A stretch of 64,000 nt of DNA from an uncultured candidate division Zixibacteria bacterium (GCA_963711085.1 CAVQCT010000003.1:157022-221021); one strand, 5' to 3'. Shown: positions 9,267 through 18,461, counted from the first letter of the stretch. Program-made: numbers and translations. The notes: generated by a model not told the origin, from the letters alone.

Positions 9267-10835
9267 ATGAAGGGCTACCGCCTTACACTAACGCTGGCGG
9301 TTTGGGGTTTGATGTCCGGCAGCAGTTGGGGGTCACTGGGGCTCACACCTGAACGTACCGAGACAATCCCTGAACTTACCGGAAGAATTTATCAGGCAGC
9401 AGTTGCCGATCTCGATGGCGACGGTATCAATGATCTTATCGCATGCGATTTTCGGAGAGTAGCGGCGCGATCGTCCTCGGATGGATCGGCTCTGTTCTCC
9501 TTTGATCTGATGTCTGACGTTCTCGATGCTGAATTCCTGATTGCCGATGTCAATCGCGACAGCATCCCGGACCTGGTAATTGGACAGTACTTTGATTATG
9601 CGTTCATGCCACCCGATACCGTCTGTCGTGTTGATCTTTTCGACGGCGCAAGCGGCTTCATTCAGCATGATTCCTGCTTCTACACAATTCAGCGAACCGG
9701 TTCGGAGCATTTGCTCTCCCCGGTCAACATCATTGAGTTGGCAGCCGACGACTACGACTCGGACGGCTACAACGAACTGAGAGTCGGCTATAGCAGCTAC
9801 CGCATCTATCAGATGCTCGACTCCTGGCGGCTGAACAGCAATGGGGCAAACGTTACCTATCACTCTTTTCCGGATGAGACGGATACATCAGAAAATGGCT
9901 TTGCCTGTGATCGAATAGAGTTCATGACGCCCGATAGCGCGAAATATGCCGCGTTGACCCGCTACGAAGCGTCCGTCTCCAAGAATCCATCGGCTCAGAC
10001 TTATGCGAGCAAGCTCTTCGCCCGAGTTGAGATCTGCAACGACTCCGGCCGGGTGGTCGCTGCTCTCCGCGAAGATCCGTTGGCGCCATGTTCCGGAGCG
10101 ACAACGGAGTTGATTTGTTCCTATCGCTCCCTGGACTTTGGAAATTTTGATCCCGGCAATCCAACCGCCGGCGAATTGCTAGTCGAGTACACCGCAGGTT
10201 ATCTCTGTGAGCAGGACGGTGAGTCGTCCTTTGACTCGACAGCGCATCGATACGAGCTTTATCCGATCGGATCCGACGGTGCTCCGGATTCCCCGCGGTC
10301 ACTTTCTGAAATGGATGGTCTGGCTTGTCCGAAATACCTCGACTCGTTTGGCGGGAGCCTGTTTGCTCTCGATGCTAATTCAGTCTACCAGATTCAGCCG
10401 ATGGCGGGCGACATTCAGTCAATCGGTGTATTGCCGGCCGCTGACACAATTATGTGGAGCCATGGGTATGAGTCTTCGGACGATTATCTGGTTAGCATTC
10501 AAGGTCGGCTGATTACCTGGTACCGAATCGATCAGGTTACTGATGTTGAAGATATCCCTGAGAATCTCCCGTTGGAATTTCGCCTCGGCAACGCTTATCC
10601 GAATCCGTTTAATGCGGTGGTGACGATTCCGATCACGGTTCCCAAGAGCGGTCATCTCTCTGTGGAAGTTCTCAATGTACTTGGGCAGACGGTCTACACG
10701 TCGCAGGAGTCATCGCAGCGAGCAGGAATCAGGACTTTGCGGTGGGACGCCGGCGGCTTTGGCTCCGGGGTCTACTTCATTCGCGCTATTTTCGATGGAC
10801 AAACCCGCACCACCAGAGCGGTCCTGCTGAAATAG
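9267..10835 (+). CDS. Secreted FG-GAP/VCBS-like repeat protein with T9SS C-terminal sorting domain
   Basis: The track ORF is 9168..10835. The ATG at 9267 follows GGGAGG and gives MKGYRLTLTLAVWGLMSGSSWG (signal peptide). FG-GAP-like motifs: DLDGDGINDLIACDF, DVNRDSIPDLVIGQY, DDYDSDGYNELRVGY. T9SS tail: AYPNPFNAVVTIPITVP...GVYFIRA...RAVLLK. Confidence 0.88.
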   Translation: MKGYRLTLTLAVWGLMSGSSWGSLGLTPERTETIPELTGRIYQAAVADLDGDGINDLIACDFRRVAARSSSDGSALFSFDLMSDVLDAEFLIADVNRDSIPDLVIGQYFDYAFMPPDTVCRVDLFDGASGFIQHDSCFYTIQRTGSEHLLSPVNIIELAADDYDSDGYNELRVGYSSYRIYQMLDSWRLNSNGANVTYHSFPDETDTSENGFACDRIEFMTPDSAKYAALTRYEASVSKNPSAQTYASKLFARVEICNDSGRVVAALREDPLAPCSGATTELICSYRSLDFGNFDPGNPTAGELLVEYTAGYLCEQDGESSFDSTAHRYELYPIGSDGAPDSPRSLSEMDGLACPKYLDSFGGSLFALDANSVYQIQPMAGDIQSIGVLPAADTIMWSHGYESSDDYLVSIQGRLITWYRIDQVTDVEDIPENLPLEFRLGNAYPNPFNAVVTIPITVPKSGHLSVEVLNVLGQTVYTSQESSQRAGIRTLRWDAGGFGSGVYFIRAIFDGQTRTTRAVLLK

Positions 10836-10922
10836 TGGCTCGCCGCACTTATTATGTCCGTTGACCGTTCGGGGTAGGGCTGTTCCTTCTTAGAAACCGC
10901 CTCTACCAGATCAAAATTTCTC

Positions 10923-11822
10923 TTAATAGAGCCGTTCGCGTTTGGACAGAAAAGCGTAAAGTGCCTTGTCGAAAGGCATGGCGGTGTCGATCGGGAAATA
11001 GTCGATATTGCTTTGTCGGCAGGCCAGTGAGATCTCTTCGGCGAATGCCTTGACGTGCGCGGCGAAGTCCTTCTTGATCTGATACGGAAGGGTGGTCAGC
11101 TCTTCGCCTGTCTCCATGTCTTTGAAAACTGCTTCGCGCGGGAAGGCGAAATCCCGTTCGCGCGGATCAAGGATATGAAATACGATCACTTCGTGGTTGT
11201 TATAGCGGAAATGCTTCAGCCCGGATACAATCTTGTCAGCTTCGTCCAGAAGATCCGATAGCACAATCACCAACCCCCGGCGCTTGATCCGATCGGCCAT
11301 TTCATGTAATGTCACGGATACATCGGTCGTCTCCGAAGGTGTCTGGCGGGCAATTTCATTAAGTATGACATGCAGATGGCCGGACTTCGAGCGCGGCGGT
11401 ATATATCGGCGAATCTTCTGATCGAACGTCACCAATCCGACTGCATCCCGCTGACGAAGCATCATATACGACAGAGCGCCGCAGAGCATCCCGGCATAAT
11501 CCAGTTTGCTGATCCGATCCTCGGAGCGGTAAGCCATCGATGCTGAGCAATCGAGCAGCAAATACCCTTTGAGGTTGGTTTCTTCTTCGTACTGCTTGAT
11601 ATAGAAGCGATCCGACTTGCCGTACACTTTCCAATCAATATCGCGGATGCTGTCACCCGGCATATATTGACGGTGTTCGGCGAATTCGACCGAGAAGCCG
11701 TGATAGGGAGATTTGTGGAGTCCGGCTATGAACCCTTCCACCACCATGCGGGCTCGCATCTCCATTCCTTTGAGGCGGGAGACTATTTCCGGATCGAGGT
11801 ATTTTCTGTAATCGTCAGCCAT
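10923..11822 (-). CDS. DUF58 family protein (VWA-like partner of MoxR ATPases)
   Basis: 299 aa. Characteristic DUF58 stretch: FAEHRQYMPGDSIRDIDWKVYGKSDRFYIKQYEEETNL, followed by LLLDCSASM (VWA/MIDAS-like). Last gene of the operon that begins with the MoxR ATPase. Confidence 0.9.
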   Translation of the reverse strand: MADDYRKYLDPEIVSRLKGMEMRARMVVEGFIAGLHKSPYHGFSVEFAEHRQYMPGDSIRDIDWKVYGKSDRFYIKQYEEETNLKGYLLLDCSASMAYRSEDRISKLDYAGMLCGALSYMMLRQRDAVGLVTFDQKIRRYIPPRSKSGHLHVILNEIARQTPSETTDVSVTLHEMADRIKRRGLVIVLSDLLDEADKIVSGLKHFRYNNHEVIVFHILDPRERDFAFPREAVFKDMETGEELTTLPYQIKKDFAAHVKAFAEEISLACRQSNIDYFPIDTAMPFDKALYAFLSKRERLY

Positions 11823-11836
11823 CCACTACTCATATT

Positions 11837-12784
11837 CTATTCTTTGAAAATTGCCACATTCACTTCGTCGTTTTCGATCTTATACCCGCGGTACATCCCT
11901 TCGGTGTTGAACGGCAGGGCAAAATTGCCGTTCCGATCAATCGCGATCAAACCGCCGGTGCCACCCAGTTTAGTCAACTTGTCATGTATGACAGCATCGG
12001 CAGCCTCGGTCAATGACATTCCTTTGTATTCCATGAGCGCATGCACATGAAAGGCTGCGCAGGTGGTGATGAAGAATTCCCCGTGGCCGGTACAGGAGAC
12101 GGCACAGGTGGCATTGTTCGCGTAAGTACCAGCGCCAATTATGGGCGAATCCCCAAGTCTGGTGTATCGCTTGTTGGTCATGCCGCCTGACGATGTCGCG
12201 GCGGCGAGATTACCTTCGCGGTCAACAGCTACTGCACCGACTGTGCCGTGTTTCTCGTCAGGTGTATGATCGAGTTGGGTGTGAGTCTTCTGGGAGGCTT
12301 GCTCGCGCCGGAGGGCGTTCTGAAGTTGCCGCCAGCGCTGGTCGGTATAGAAATACTTGTCATCGACGAGGGGCATCCCTTGTTCTTTCGCGAACGCCTC
12401 GGCTCCATCGCAGGCCAAAAGCACATGCTCGGATTTGTCCATCACCAACCGGGCCAGATCAATCGGGCGAGCTATGTGTCGTATTCCAGCCACCGCGCCG
12501 GAGTTCATAGTGCGTCCATCCATAATTGAGGCATCCTGTTCGTTGGTCCCTTCGTGCGTAAAGACAGCACCTTTGCCGGCGTTGAACAGCGGGCAGTCTT
12601 CCATCACATTAATCGCTGCCTGAACGGCATCGAGACCAGTGCCATTCCTGGCGAGAACAGCATAACCTGCCTCGATCGATTCTGTCAGCGCAGTCCGATA
12701 CTCCTGCTCCATCTCAGGAGTCATCATATTTCTGAGAATGGTACCGGCTCCACCGTGGATGACTATTCCAATTTTCGACGGCAT
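11837..12784 (-). CDS. iaaA: Isoaspartyl peptidase / L-asparaginase (Ntn-hydrolase, plant-type asparaginase family)
   Basis: 315 aa. IVIHGGAGT near the N-terminus, autoproteolytic site GTVGAVAVD, and GGMTNKRYTRLGDSPIIGAGTYA. Confidence 0.9.
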   Translation of the reverse strand: MPSKIGIVIHGGAGTILRNMMTPEMEQEYRTALTESIEAGYAVLARNGTGLDAVQAAINVMEDCPLFNAGKGAVFTHEGTNEQDASIMDGRTMNSGAVAGIRHIARPIDLARLVMDKSEHVLLACDGAEAFAKEQGMPLVDDKYFYTDQRWRQLQNALRREQASQKTHTQLDHTPDEKHGTVGAVAVDREGNLAAATSSGGMTNKRYTRLGDSPIIGAGTYANNATCAVSCTGHGEFFITTCAAFHVHALMEYKGMSLTEAADAVIHDKLTKLGGTGGLIAIDRNGNFALPFNTEGMYRGYKIENDEVNVAIFKE

Positions 12785-12790
12785 AAATCG

Positions 12791-13528
12791 CTACTTATTT
12801 TCCTTTGAGTTTCCGGCTTCGGTGGTCGCACCCGCCGGTTTGGCCAGATCGATAAAGATCAGAAATGCCATATAAATGATGACCACAAGTATCGCGACGC
12901 CGCTCACCGCCAGGAGATCATCGAAGACTGAATAGAACCCTCGCCCGGTCAGACCGATATTGTGACAGAGTACCGCGATACCAAAGATCCAGTAGACATA
13001 TTTCTTCGTCCGATCCGGTGCCGAGGAAAAAAGAAAGATCGCACCGAGCGCAAAGAACAAAAGAGTCTGCCCGTTGATATGGGTATGGGCAAGGCCGACA
13101 TTCTTCCTCAGGCGGGTAAGCTGGTCAGAGTTGTCGTCACTGGTGTCGGTGTCGCCATCGTAACCGCTCATGTCGATCGTCTCATCTCCCGCCCGCTGCT
13201 CGCCGATCGCTTTTTTCACCTGGGCGCTTTCCTCAGCCGAAGCGGTGTCGAGATTGACTTCCTCACCTTTGATCGTCGTATCCCAGATTGGAGCCAACAC
13301 CGCTTCAGAGTCCGAAGCATCGTCGTTATCCTGTGATAAGCTGCCGGAGTCAGGGAGACCCGAGGCATCCTGCGTGAGATATGCCGGGAGATGATTCTTA
13401 TCTACAACTCCTTCATCGACATAATAAATCAGCGCCGCCCAGAGGGTGACGCAGAGCATCAGTGCAGTGAATAATGCGACGAAAAGCTTGCCGTAACCGG
13501 GAAGGTTGGACAGGCGATAGTTAAACAT
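12791..13528 (-). CDS. Integral membrane protein of unknown function with long acidic loop
   Basis: 245 aa with AGGTG 6 nt upstream of the ATG. One N-terminal TM helix, then a roughly 110-aa D/E/S-rich segment (DNDDASDSE...DGDTDTSDDNSD), then three predicted C-terminal TM helices (LAHTHINGQTLLFFALGAIFLF...). I recognise no family. Confidence 0.75.
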   Translation of the reverse strand: MFNYRLSNLPGYGKLFVALFTALMLCVTLWAALIYYVDEGVVDKNHLPAYLTQDASGLPDSGSLSQDNDDASDSEAVLAPIWDTTIKGEEVNLDTASAEESAQVKKAIGEQRAGDETIDMSGYDGDTDTSDDNSDQLTRLRKNVGLAHTHINGQTLLFFALGAIFLFSSAPDRTKKYVYWIFGIAVLCHNIGLTGRGFYSVFDDLLAVSGVAILVVIIYMAFLIFIDLAKPAGATTEAGNSKENK

Positions 13529-13576
13529 AGATTACACCTGAAATAGTGAAGCGCTCACACCCTGTGCCCGGCGTTC

Positions 13577-14584
13577 TCAGGCCTTTTCCTTGATCGAATC
13601 GAGAAGCCGTTTGATAATCTCCATGGAGTCGACGCCGTCAGCTTCCGCATTGAACGATGTCACGATACGGTGCCGAAGGACCGGGTAGGCGGCGAACCGC
13701 ACATCTTCCGGACCGGGCGTTGGCCGACCTTCGAGAATCGCTTTGGTCTTGGCCGCCAGGATGAGGTACTGCGAGGCACGCGGTCCGGCCCCCCAGTTTA
13801 CCCAGTTCTTTACGAACTCAGGGGCGGTCGGCTCATTCGGCCGGGTGGCGCGAACCAGCGAGACGGCGTACTCGATCAAATGATCCGACACCGGCACTCT
13901 TCGTACCAGCTGCTGAAACCCGACAATATCCTGCGGCGACAGGATGCGATCCAATTCGTAACTAAGTACGGCCGTCGTTGATTTGACGATTGACTGTTCT
14001 TCGGCCGACGACGGATAGTCGACAAAGACGTTGAACATGAATCGGTCAAGCTGGGCCTCGGGAAGGGGATAAGTGCCTTCCTGTTCAATCGGGTTCTGAG
14101 TCGCCAGAACGAAGAACGGTTCATCGAGCTTGTAAGTCTCGCCGGCCGCAGTCACTTCGTGCTCCTGCATTGCCTGAAGAAGCGCGGCCTGCGTTTTCGG
14201 AGGGGTGCGGTTGATTTCGTCCGCGAGAATGATGTTCGCAAAAACGGGGCCCTTGACGAATCGGAACTGCCGCTTGCCGCTTACCCGATCATCATCGATT
14301 ATTTCAGTACCGGTAATATCCGAAGGCATCAGGTCCGGAGTGAACTGAATGCGATTGAATTCGAGATTCAGGACCCGGGCCAGAGTTGAAATAAGCAGCG
14401 TCTTGGCAAGTCCCGGGACACCGACCAGCAGACAATGACCCGAAGACAAAAGCGATATGAGCAACTGCTCGATCACTTTGTCCTGGCCTATGATAACTTT
14501 GCCGATTTCCCTTTTGATTCGCTCGTATGCGGAATTGAGATTTTCAACGGCAGTCAGATCCGAGGGGACCTCTTTTGCAGACAT
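13577..14584 (-). CDS. MoxR-like AAA+ ATPase
   Basis: The track ORF is 13577..14596. The second ATG (14584) is preceded by GGAGGAG at good spacing. Walker A: GHCLLVGVPGLAKT. Walker B: ILADEINR. Overall MoxR/RavA-like sequence. Confidence 0.93.
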   Translation of the reverse strand: MSAKEVPSDLTAVENLNSAYERIKREIGKVIIGQDKVIEQLLISLLSSGHCLLVGVPGLAKTLLISTLARVLNLEFNRIQFTPDLMPSDITGTEIIDDDRVSGKRQFRFVKGPVFANIILADEINRTPPKTQAALLQAMQEHEVTAAGETYKLDEPFFVLATQNPIEQEGTYPLPEAQLDRFMFNVFVDYPSSAEEQSIVKSTTAVLSYELDRILSPQDIVGFQQLVRRVPVSDHLIEYAVSLVRATRPNEPTAPEFVKNWVNWGAGPRASQYLILAAKTKAILEGRPTPGPEDVRFAAYPVLRHRIVTSFNAEADGVDSMEIIKRLLDSIKEKA

Positions 14585-14809
14585 CGACTCCTCCATTCGT
14601 AGTATGCGGCTCAGTTTTCAGGCGTAATATCCCTTATACAAGTATCGCCGTTCAAGATTGCTTTCGGTGCTGGGAATGTCAAAGTATTTCGTGGCAGGGA
14701 GGGGGAATCAACTTTCCAGAGGGAAAGACGTTAACCGGCTCATATCACACTTTACTTAACTTATCAATTCTAAATCGAAAAAAAACATAAGGTTAATCTG
14801 GAGACTGTC

Positions 14810-14928
14810 TGTGGATAAACGAATGTTTCGGTCCATGATACTGACTGATTATGTCATTGAATATCAATGACATAATCAGTTATCCACAATTTGCGCCAGT
14901 TGTCCACAAAACCGGCCGTTTATCAACA
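14810..14928. other. DnaA-box cluster (candidate oriC or DnaA-binding region)
   Basis: TGTGGATAA at 14810-14818 is a perfect box in reverse orientation. TTATCCACA at 14880-14888 is perfect. TTGTCCACA at 14900-14908 and TTATCAACA at 14920-14928 each have one mismatch. The last three share one orientation at exact 20-bp spacing. An AT-rich tract lies at 14751-14797. Confidence 0.5.
14844..14880. repeat. Perfect 17-bp inverted repeat with 3-nt spacer
   Basis: ACTGATTATGTCATTGA-ATA-TCAATGACATAATCAGT. I checked base by base that the right arm is the exact reverse complement of the left. It abuts the DnaA box at 14880. Confidence 0.9.
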
Positions 14929-14929
14929 A

Positions 14930-15376
14930 TCAGAACTTCTTCTTCTGATCGGAAGCGAATTCTTCTTCCTTGGCCTTGACCTTTTCCTGAGGTCTATCCG
15001 GAGCCAGGAATCCGAGATTCGGCTTGGTGTCTTTCATATTGCAGGCACCGCAGAAGATTGCTCCCTGCTCGATCACCAGAGATTTGGTTCTCAAATCCCC
15101 TTCCATTTCACACTTGGTCTGAAGTTCGATTTTTTCGGTCGTCACGACATTGCCGACCATTTTTCCGGCGATAATCGCGGAGTCAGCCTCGATCTCGGCC
15201 TCAACCAACCCAGTGGCGCCGACCGTGACACAGTCCGAACAGAGAATCTTTCCCTTCACTGTGCCGTCAACTCTCAATGCTCCCTTGATGTCCAGAGTCC
15301 CGGTGATTACGGTGTCTTTGCCAATAATTGTGTTCATCAAACCATCCACTTCGTTATTGTTGGTTTTTTTTATCAT
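14930..15376 (-). CDS. Bactofilin (polymer-forming cytoskeletal protein, DUF583)
   Basis: 148 aa with a beta-helical repeat signature: IIGKDTVITGTLDIKGALRVDGTVKGKILCSDCVTVGATGLVEAEIEADSAIIAGKMVGNVVTTEKIELQ...IFCGACNM. An alternative start at 15337 (MNTIIGKD) would remove the 23-nt overlap with the upstream gene. Confidence 0.88.
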   Translation of the reverse strand: MIKKTNNNEVDGLMNTIIGKDTVITGTLDIKGALRVDGTVKGKILCSDCVTVGATGLVEAEIEADSAIIAGKMVGNVVTTEKIELQTKCEMEGDLRTKSLVIEQGAIFCGACNMKDTKPNLGFLAPDRPQEKVKAKEEEFASDQKKKF

Positions 15377-16142
15377 AAGGATTTTCCAATGGATCTATAG
15401 GTTCATCGTTTATCCTGATCTCGTAGTGCAGGTGAGGAGCGGTGGAGATTCCGGTATTGCCGCTCAGCGCAATCCGGCTTCCCGCTAACACCTTCTGCCC
15501 GGGTTTCACGAGCAATTGCTCGTTATGTCCATACACCGTCTGTACGCTGTCGTTGTGCCTCAGCACGACCATGTATCCGTACGTGGAATCGTAGTCGGCA
15601 TATTCGACCGTGCCCGATGCGGTCGCGAGGACCGGTGTGCCGATCGCACAGGCGATGTCTATCCCAGGATGATAGTGATTGTCATTGGCCGTGTCAAAGT
15701 CCTGGGTTATGAATCCTTGTATCGGCATTCCGGAGGGTAAAGATAAGTTGTCAGCGAGCGGTCGATCGACCGTGGCCCCATCTTTTTGCTCGACCGATGC
15801 GAAAATCGTCGAATCATCCGGGATTTCCGGGAAATCGATATTTATTCCGGCGATCTGAGTCAATCGAGTCACGATCTCGCGGGCTTTCACCAGATTATCC
15901 TCGAGTAGCTGCACTTTGTACTGATAGCGCAGCAACCGCTCATTTTCCCGGGCCAGTTTGTCGGCGGTCGCGGCCCGAGTGAGGATTTTTCCATAGAACG
16001 CGAAGAAAACGATAATTCCGATCAGCACGAATGCTACACCGCCGACAATCAGCTTGAGCAGCCACTGCTTTATCCGAAATCCTCGCCTGCTCTCCGCCCC
16101 ATCGGGAATCAGCATCACCGTAACATATTTGGACGCAGCCAT
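15354..16142 (-). CDS. M23 family (LytM-type) metallopeptidase with N-terminal TM anchor and coiled coil
   Basis: 262 aa. TM segment: LLKLIVGGVAFVLIGIIVFFAF. M23 motifs: HPGIDIA, GHN and APHLHYEI. The start lies 2 nt after the parB stop. Confidence 0.9.
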   Translation of the reverse strand: MAASKYVTVMLIPDGAESRRGFRIKQWLLKLIVGGVAFVLIGIIVFFAFYGKILTRAATADKLARENERLLRYQYKVQLLEDNLVKAREIVTRLTQIAGINIDFPEIPDDSTIFASVEQKDGATVDRPLADNLSLPSGMPIQGFITQDFDTANDNHYHPGIDIACAIGTPVLATASGTVEYADYDSTYGYMVVLRHNDSVQTVYGHNEQLLVKPGQKVLAGSRIALSGNTGISTAPHLHYEIRINDEPIDPLENPYDKKNQQ

Positions 16143-16144
16143 GT

Positions 16145-16993
16145 CTAACTTTCGATCTTCTTGAACAGCTCAAGCAAACGCTCGAGGTCATCGTCTCCAT
16201 AGTATTCGATTTCGATTCGTCCCTGCTTGAGTCCCGGATTAATTTTCACCGAGGTACCCAGCAGACGTTTCAGGTAATTCTCGATCTCGGTCAGAGCAGG
16301 GATCTTCTTCTTGGGAATCAGCCGGCGCTTCTTCGTGCGGCTGGTCACCTGCTCCACTTCGCGCACCGACATCGAATCATTCACGATCTGCTCGGCCAGC
16401 TTCACCATATCGACTTCGTTGTCGAGCGCGAGGACCGCCCGCGCATGACCTTCGGTCAGTTTCCCGTGACGGATCATTGTCTTGATCGATTCAGGGAGTG
16501 AGTTCAAGCGAAGCATATTGGTGACGGCGGAGCGGCTCTTGCCGATCCGATCGCCGAGCTGGGCCTGAGTGAGCCCGCATTCTTCGATCAACCGTCGATA
16601 CCCTTCGGCCGTCTCCATCGGATTGAGATTTTCGCGTTGCAGATTTTCCACCAGGGCCATTTCGAGCATCTGCGTATCGGTGATGTCATCCATCTGTATC
16701 ACCGGAACCTCGGTCATCCCGGCCAGCCGGGCGGCGCGATAGCGTCTTTCGCCGGCAATGATCGTGAAGCCCGATCCGTTTTGCCGTACCAGCATCGGCT
16801 GCATGATACCGTTCTCTTTGAATGACTGCGCCAACTGCATCAGGCTCTCCTGATCGAACTCGCGGCGCGGCTGCATCGGATTCGGCGCAATCCGATCGAG
16901 CGACACCGTTTTCAGTTTGCGCGTCTCGGTCGTCTGTGTATCGTCGGCGGGGATCAGGGCCCCGAGTCCTTTTCCTAACACAAGCTTGCTCAT
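16145..16993 (-). CDS. parB: Chromosome partitioning protein ParB (Spo0J)
   Basis: 282 aa. LGKGLGALI near the N-terminus, ParB box IAGERRYRAA, HTH region. Overlaps the parA stop by 4 nt. Confidence 0.95.
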   Translation of the reverse strand: MSKLVLGKGLGALIPADDTQTTETRKLKTVSLDRIAPNPMQPRREFDQESLMQLAQSFKENGIMQPMLVRQNGSGFTIIAGERRYRAARLAGMTEVPVIQMDDITDTQMLEMALVENLQRENLNPMETAEGYRRLIEECGLTQAQLGDRIGKSRSAVTNMLRLNSLPESIKTMIRHGKLTEGHARAVLALDNEVDMVKLAEQIVNDSMSVREVEQVTSRTKKRRLIPKKKIPALTEIENYLKRLLGTSVKINPGLKQGRIEIEYYGDDDLERLLELFKKIES

Positions 16994-17769
16994 TGTGACA
17001 ACACCTCTTTGGTAAGTGACATATAATTTTCCGCTCCGGTCGAGAGAATATCGTAGAGGATGATCGGTTTGCCGAACGACGGCGCCTCGGAGAGTCGGAC
17101 ATTGCGCGAGATCACCGTGTCGTACACTTTGTTGCTGAAGTGCTTCCGCACCTCGTCCGACACCTGGCGCGAAAGATTCAAGCGCCCGTCGAACATCGTC
17201 AACAACACCCCTTCGATCTGCAGGGTCGGATTGAGATTATCCTGCACCAGCTTTACCGTATTCATCAACTGGCCGAGCCCTTCGAGGGCATAGTACTCGC
17301 ATTGAATCGGTACGATAATCGAGTCGGCCGCCGTCAGAGAATTAATCGTCAGCAGGCCGAGCGAGGGGGGACAGTCGATGATGATATACTCGTATTCGTC
17401 CCTGATCTCGGAGAGTGCACTCTTCAGCCTCGTCTCACGCGCGATCATGCTCACCAGTTCGACTTCGGCGCCGACCAGGGAGATCGATGACGGTACGATG
17501 GTGAGATACTGCAGGTCGGTGGCCCGGATCACTTCGCGGATCGGCCGCGCGCCTAGAAGGACATCATAGACCGATGATTCTATTTTATTCTTTTCCAGCC
17601 CTAGCCCGCTGGTCGAATTGGCCTGCGGATCCATATCGATCAGACAGGTCTTCCGCTCGGCGGCGGCCAGGCAGGAGCTGAGATTGATAGCCGTCGTTGT
17701 TTTTCCCACACCACCTTTTTGATTGGTGATGGCGATTACTTTACTCAACTGACACTCCTTGTTTCGCAT
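16990..17769 (-). CDS. parA: Chromosome partitioning ATPase ParA (Soj)
   Basis: 259 aa. Deviant Walker A: NQKGGVGKTT. Typical Soj-like sequence throughout. Confidence 0.95.
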   Translation of the reverse strand: MRNKECQLSKVIAITNQKGGVGKTTTAINLSSCLAAAERKTCLIDMDPQANSTSGLGLEKNKIESSVYDVLLGARPIREVIRATDLQYLTIVPSSISLVGAEVELVSMIARETRLKSALSEIRDEYEYIIIDCPPSLGLLTINSLTAADSIIVPIQCEYYALEGLGQLMNTVKLVQDNLNPTLQIEGVLLTMFDGRLNLSRQVSDEVRKHFSNKVYDTVISRNVRLSEAPSFGKPIILYDILSTGAENYMSLTKEVLSQ

Positions 17770-17825
17770 ATCACGCTATCCCAAAAGAGAGTAAACTGCG
17801 TTAAAATACGAATCAACTAAAAAAC

Positions 17826-18461
17826 TTACGCCCCATTCTGCTTTTTTCTTATCAACGTAACTGATTTTATTACATCGGACTGATCGGACGAATACCGGAC
17901 GGTCCTCACATCGTATCCAGCCGGTACCGATAGCTTCTCCGGGGCCGCGTAATAGATGAAACATCCGCCCGGATTGAGCAGCGGAAGGATCTTCTTCAGC
18001 AGCAGTGGAACGAGGCGGACCAGGCGGAGAGTAATAAGATCGAACTTGCCCGAAGATTTCCACTCTTCGAACGACTTATTCACAATCCTGACGGCTAGCT
18101 CTGATTGCTCGTTAAGCGATGTAACGATTCTTTCCAGGGCGGCAGCTTTCTTGATTGTCCGTTCGACCAGGACAGATTGAGCGATATTCCGGCAAAGCAG
18201 GATGGGAAATGCGGGGAATCCGCCACCGGAACCGATATCAAGGTATCGATCGACCCGAACCGGATCGAAAACATCAAAAGGAAGCAGCGATTCGGCCGCG
18301 AGCCGTCGGAGATCGTCGTCCGATGTTTCACGTGAAACCAGGTTGACCCGGCTGTTTTCTTCCATTAGCAGCGTGAAATAGGACCGAAGCCGATCGGTCG
18401 GGTCATAACGCTTGAGAATAGAAGTACTCTCGATGTGAATTATCTCAGATGAGGGGATCAT
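17826..18461 (-). CDS. rsmG: 16S rRNA (guanine527-N7)-methyltransferase RsmG (GidB)
   Basis: 211 aa. SAM motif: LDIGSGGGFPAFPI. Sits between mnmG and parA as in many bacteria and overlaps mnmG by 4 nt. Confidence 0.92.
   Translation of the reverse strand: MIPSSEIIHIESTSILKRYDPTDRLRSYFTLLMEENSRVNLVSRETSDDDLRRLAAESLLPFDVFDPVRVDRYLDIGSGGGFPAFPILLCRNIAQSVLVERTIKKAAALERIVTSLNEQSELAVRIVNKSFEEWKSSGKFDLITLRLVRLVPLLLKKILPLLNPGGCFIYYAAPEKLSVPAGYDVRTVRYSSDQSDVIKSVTLIRKKQNGA
18324..18339. other. parS centromere-like site (inside rsmG)
   Basis: TGTTTCACGTGAAACC matches the parS consensus TGTTNCACGTGAAACA at 15 of 16 positions. Confidence 0.85.
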
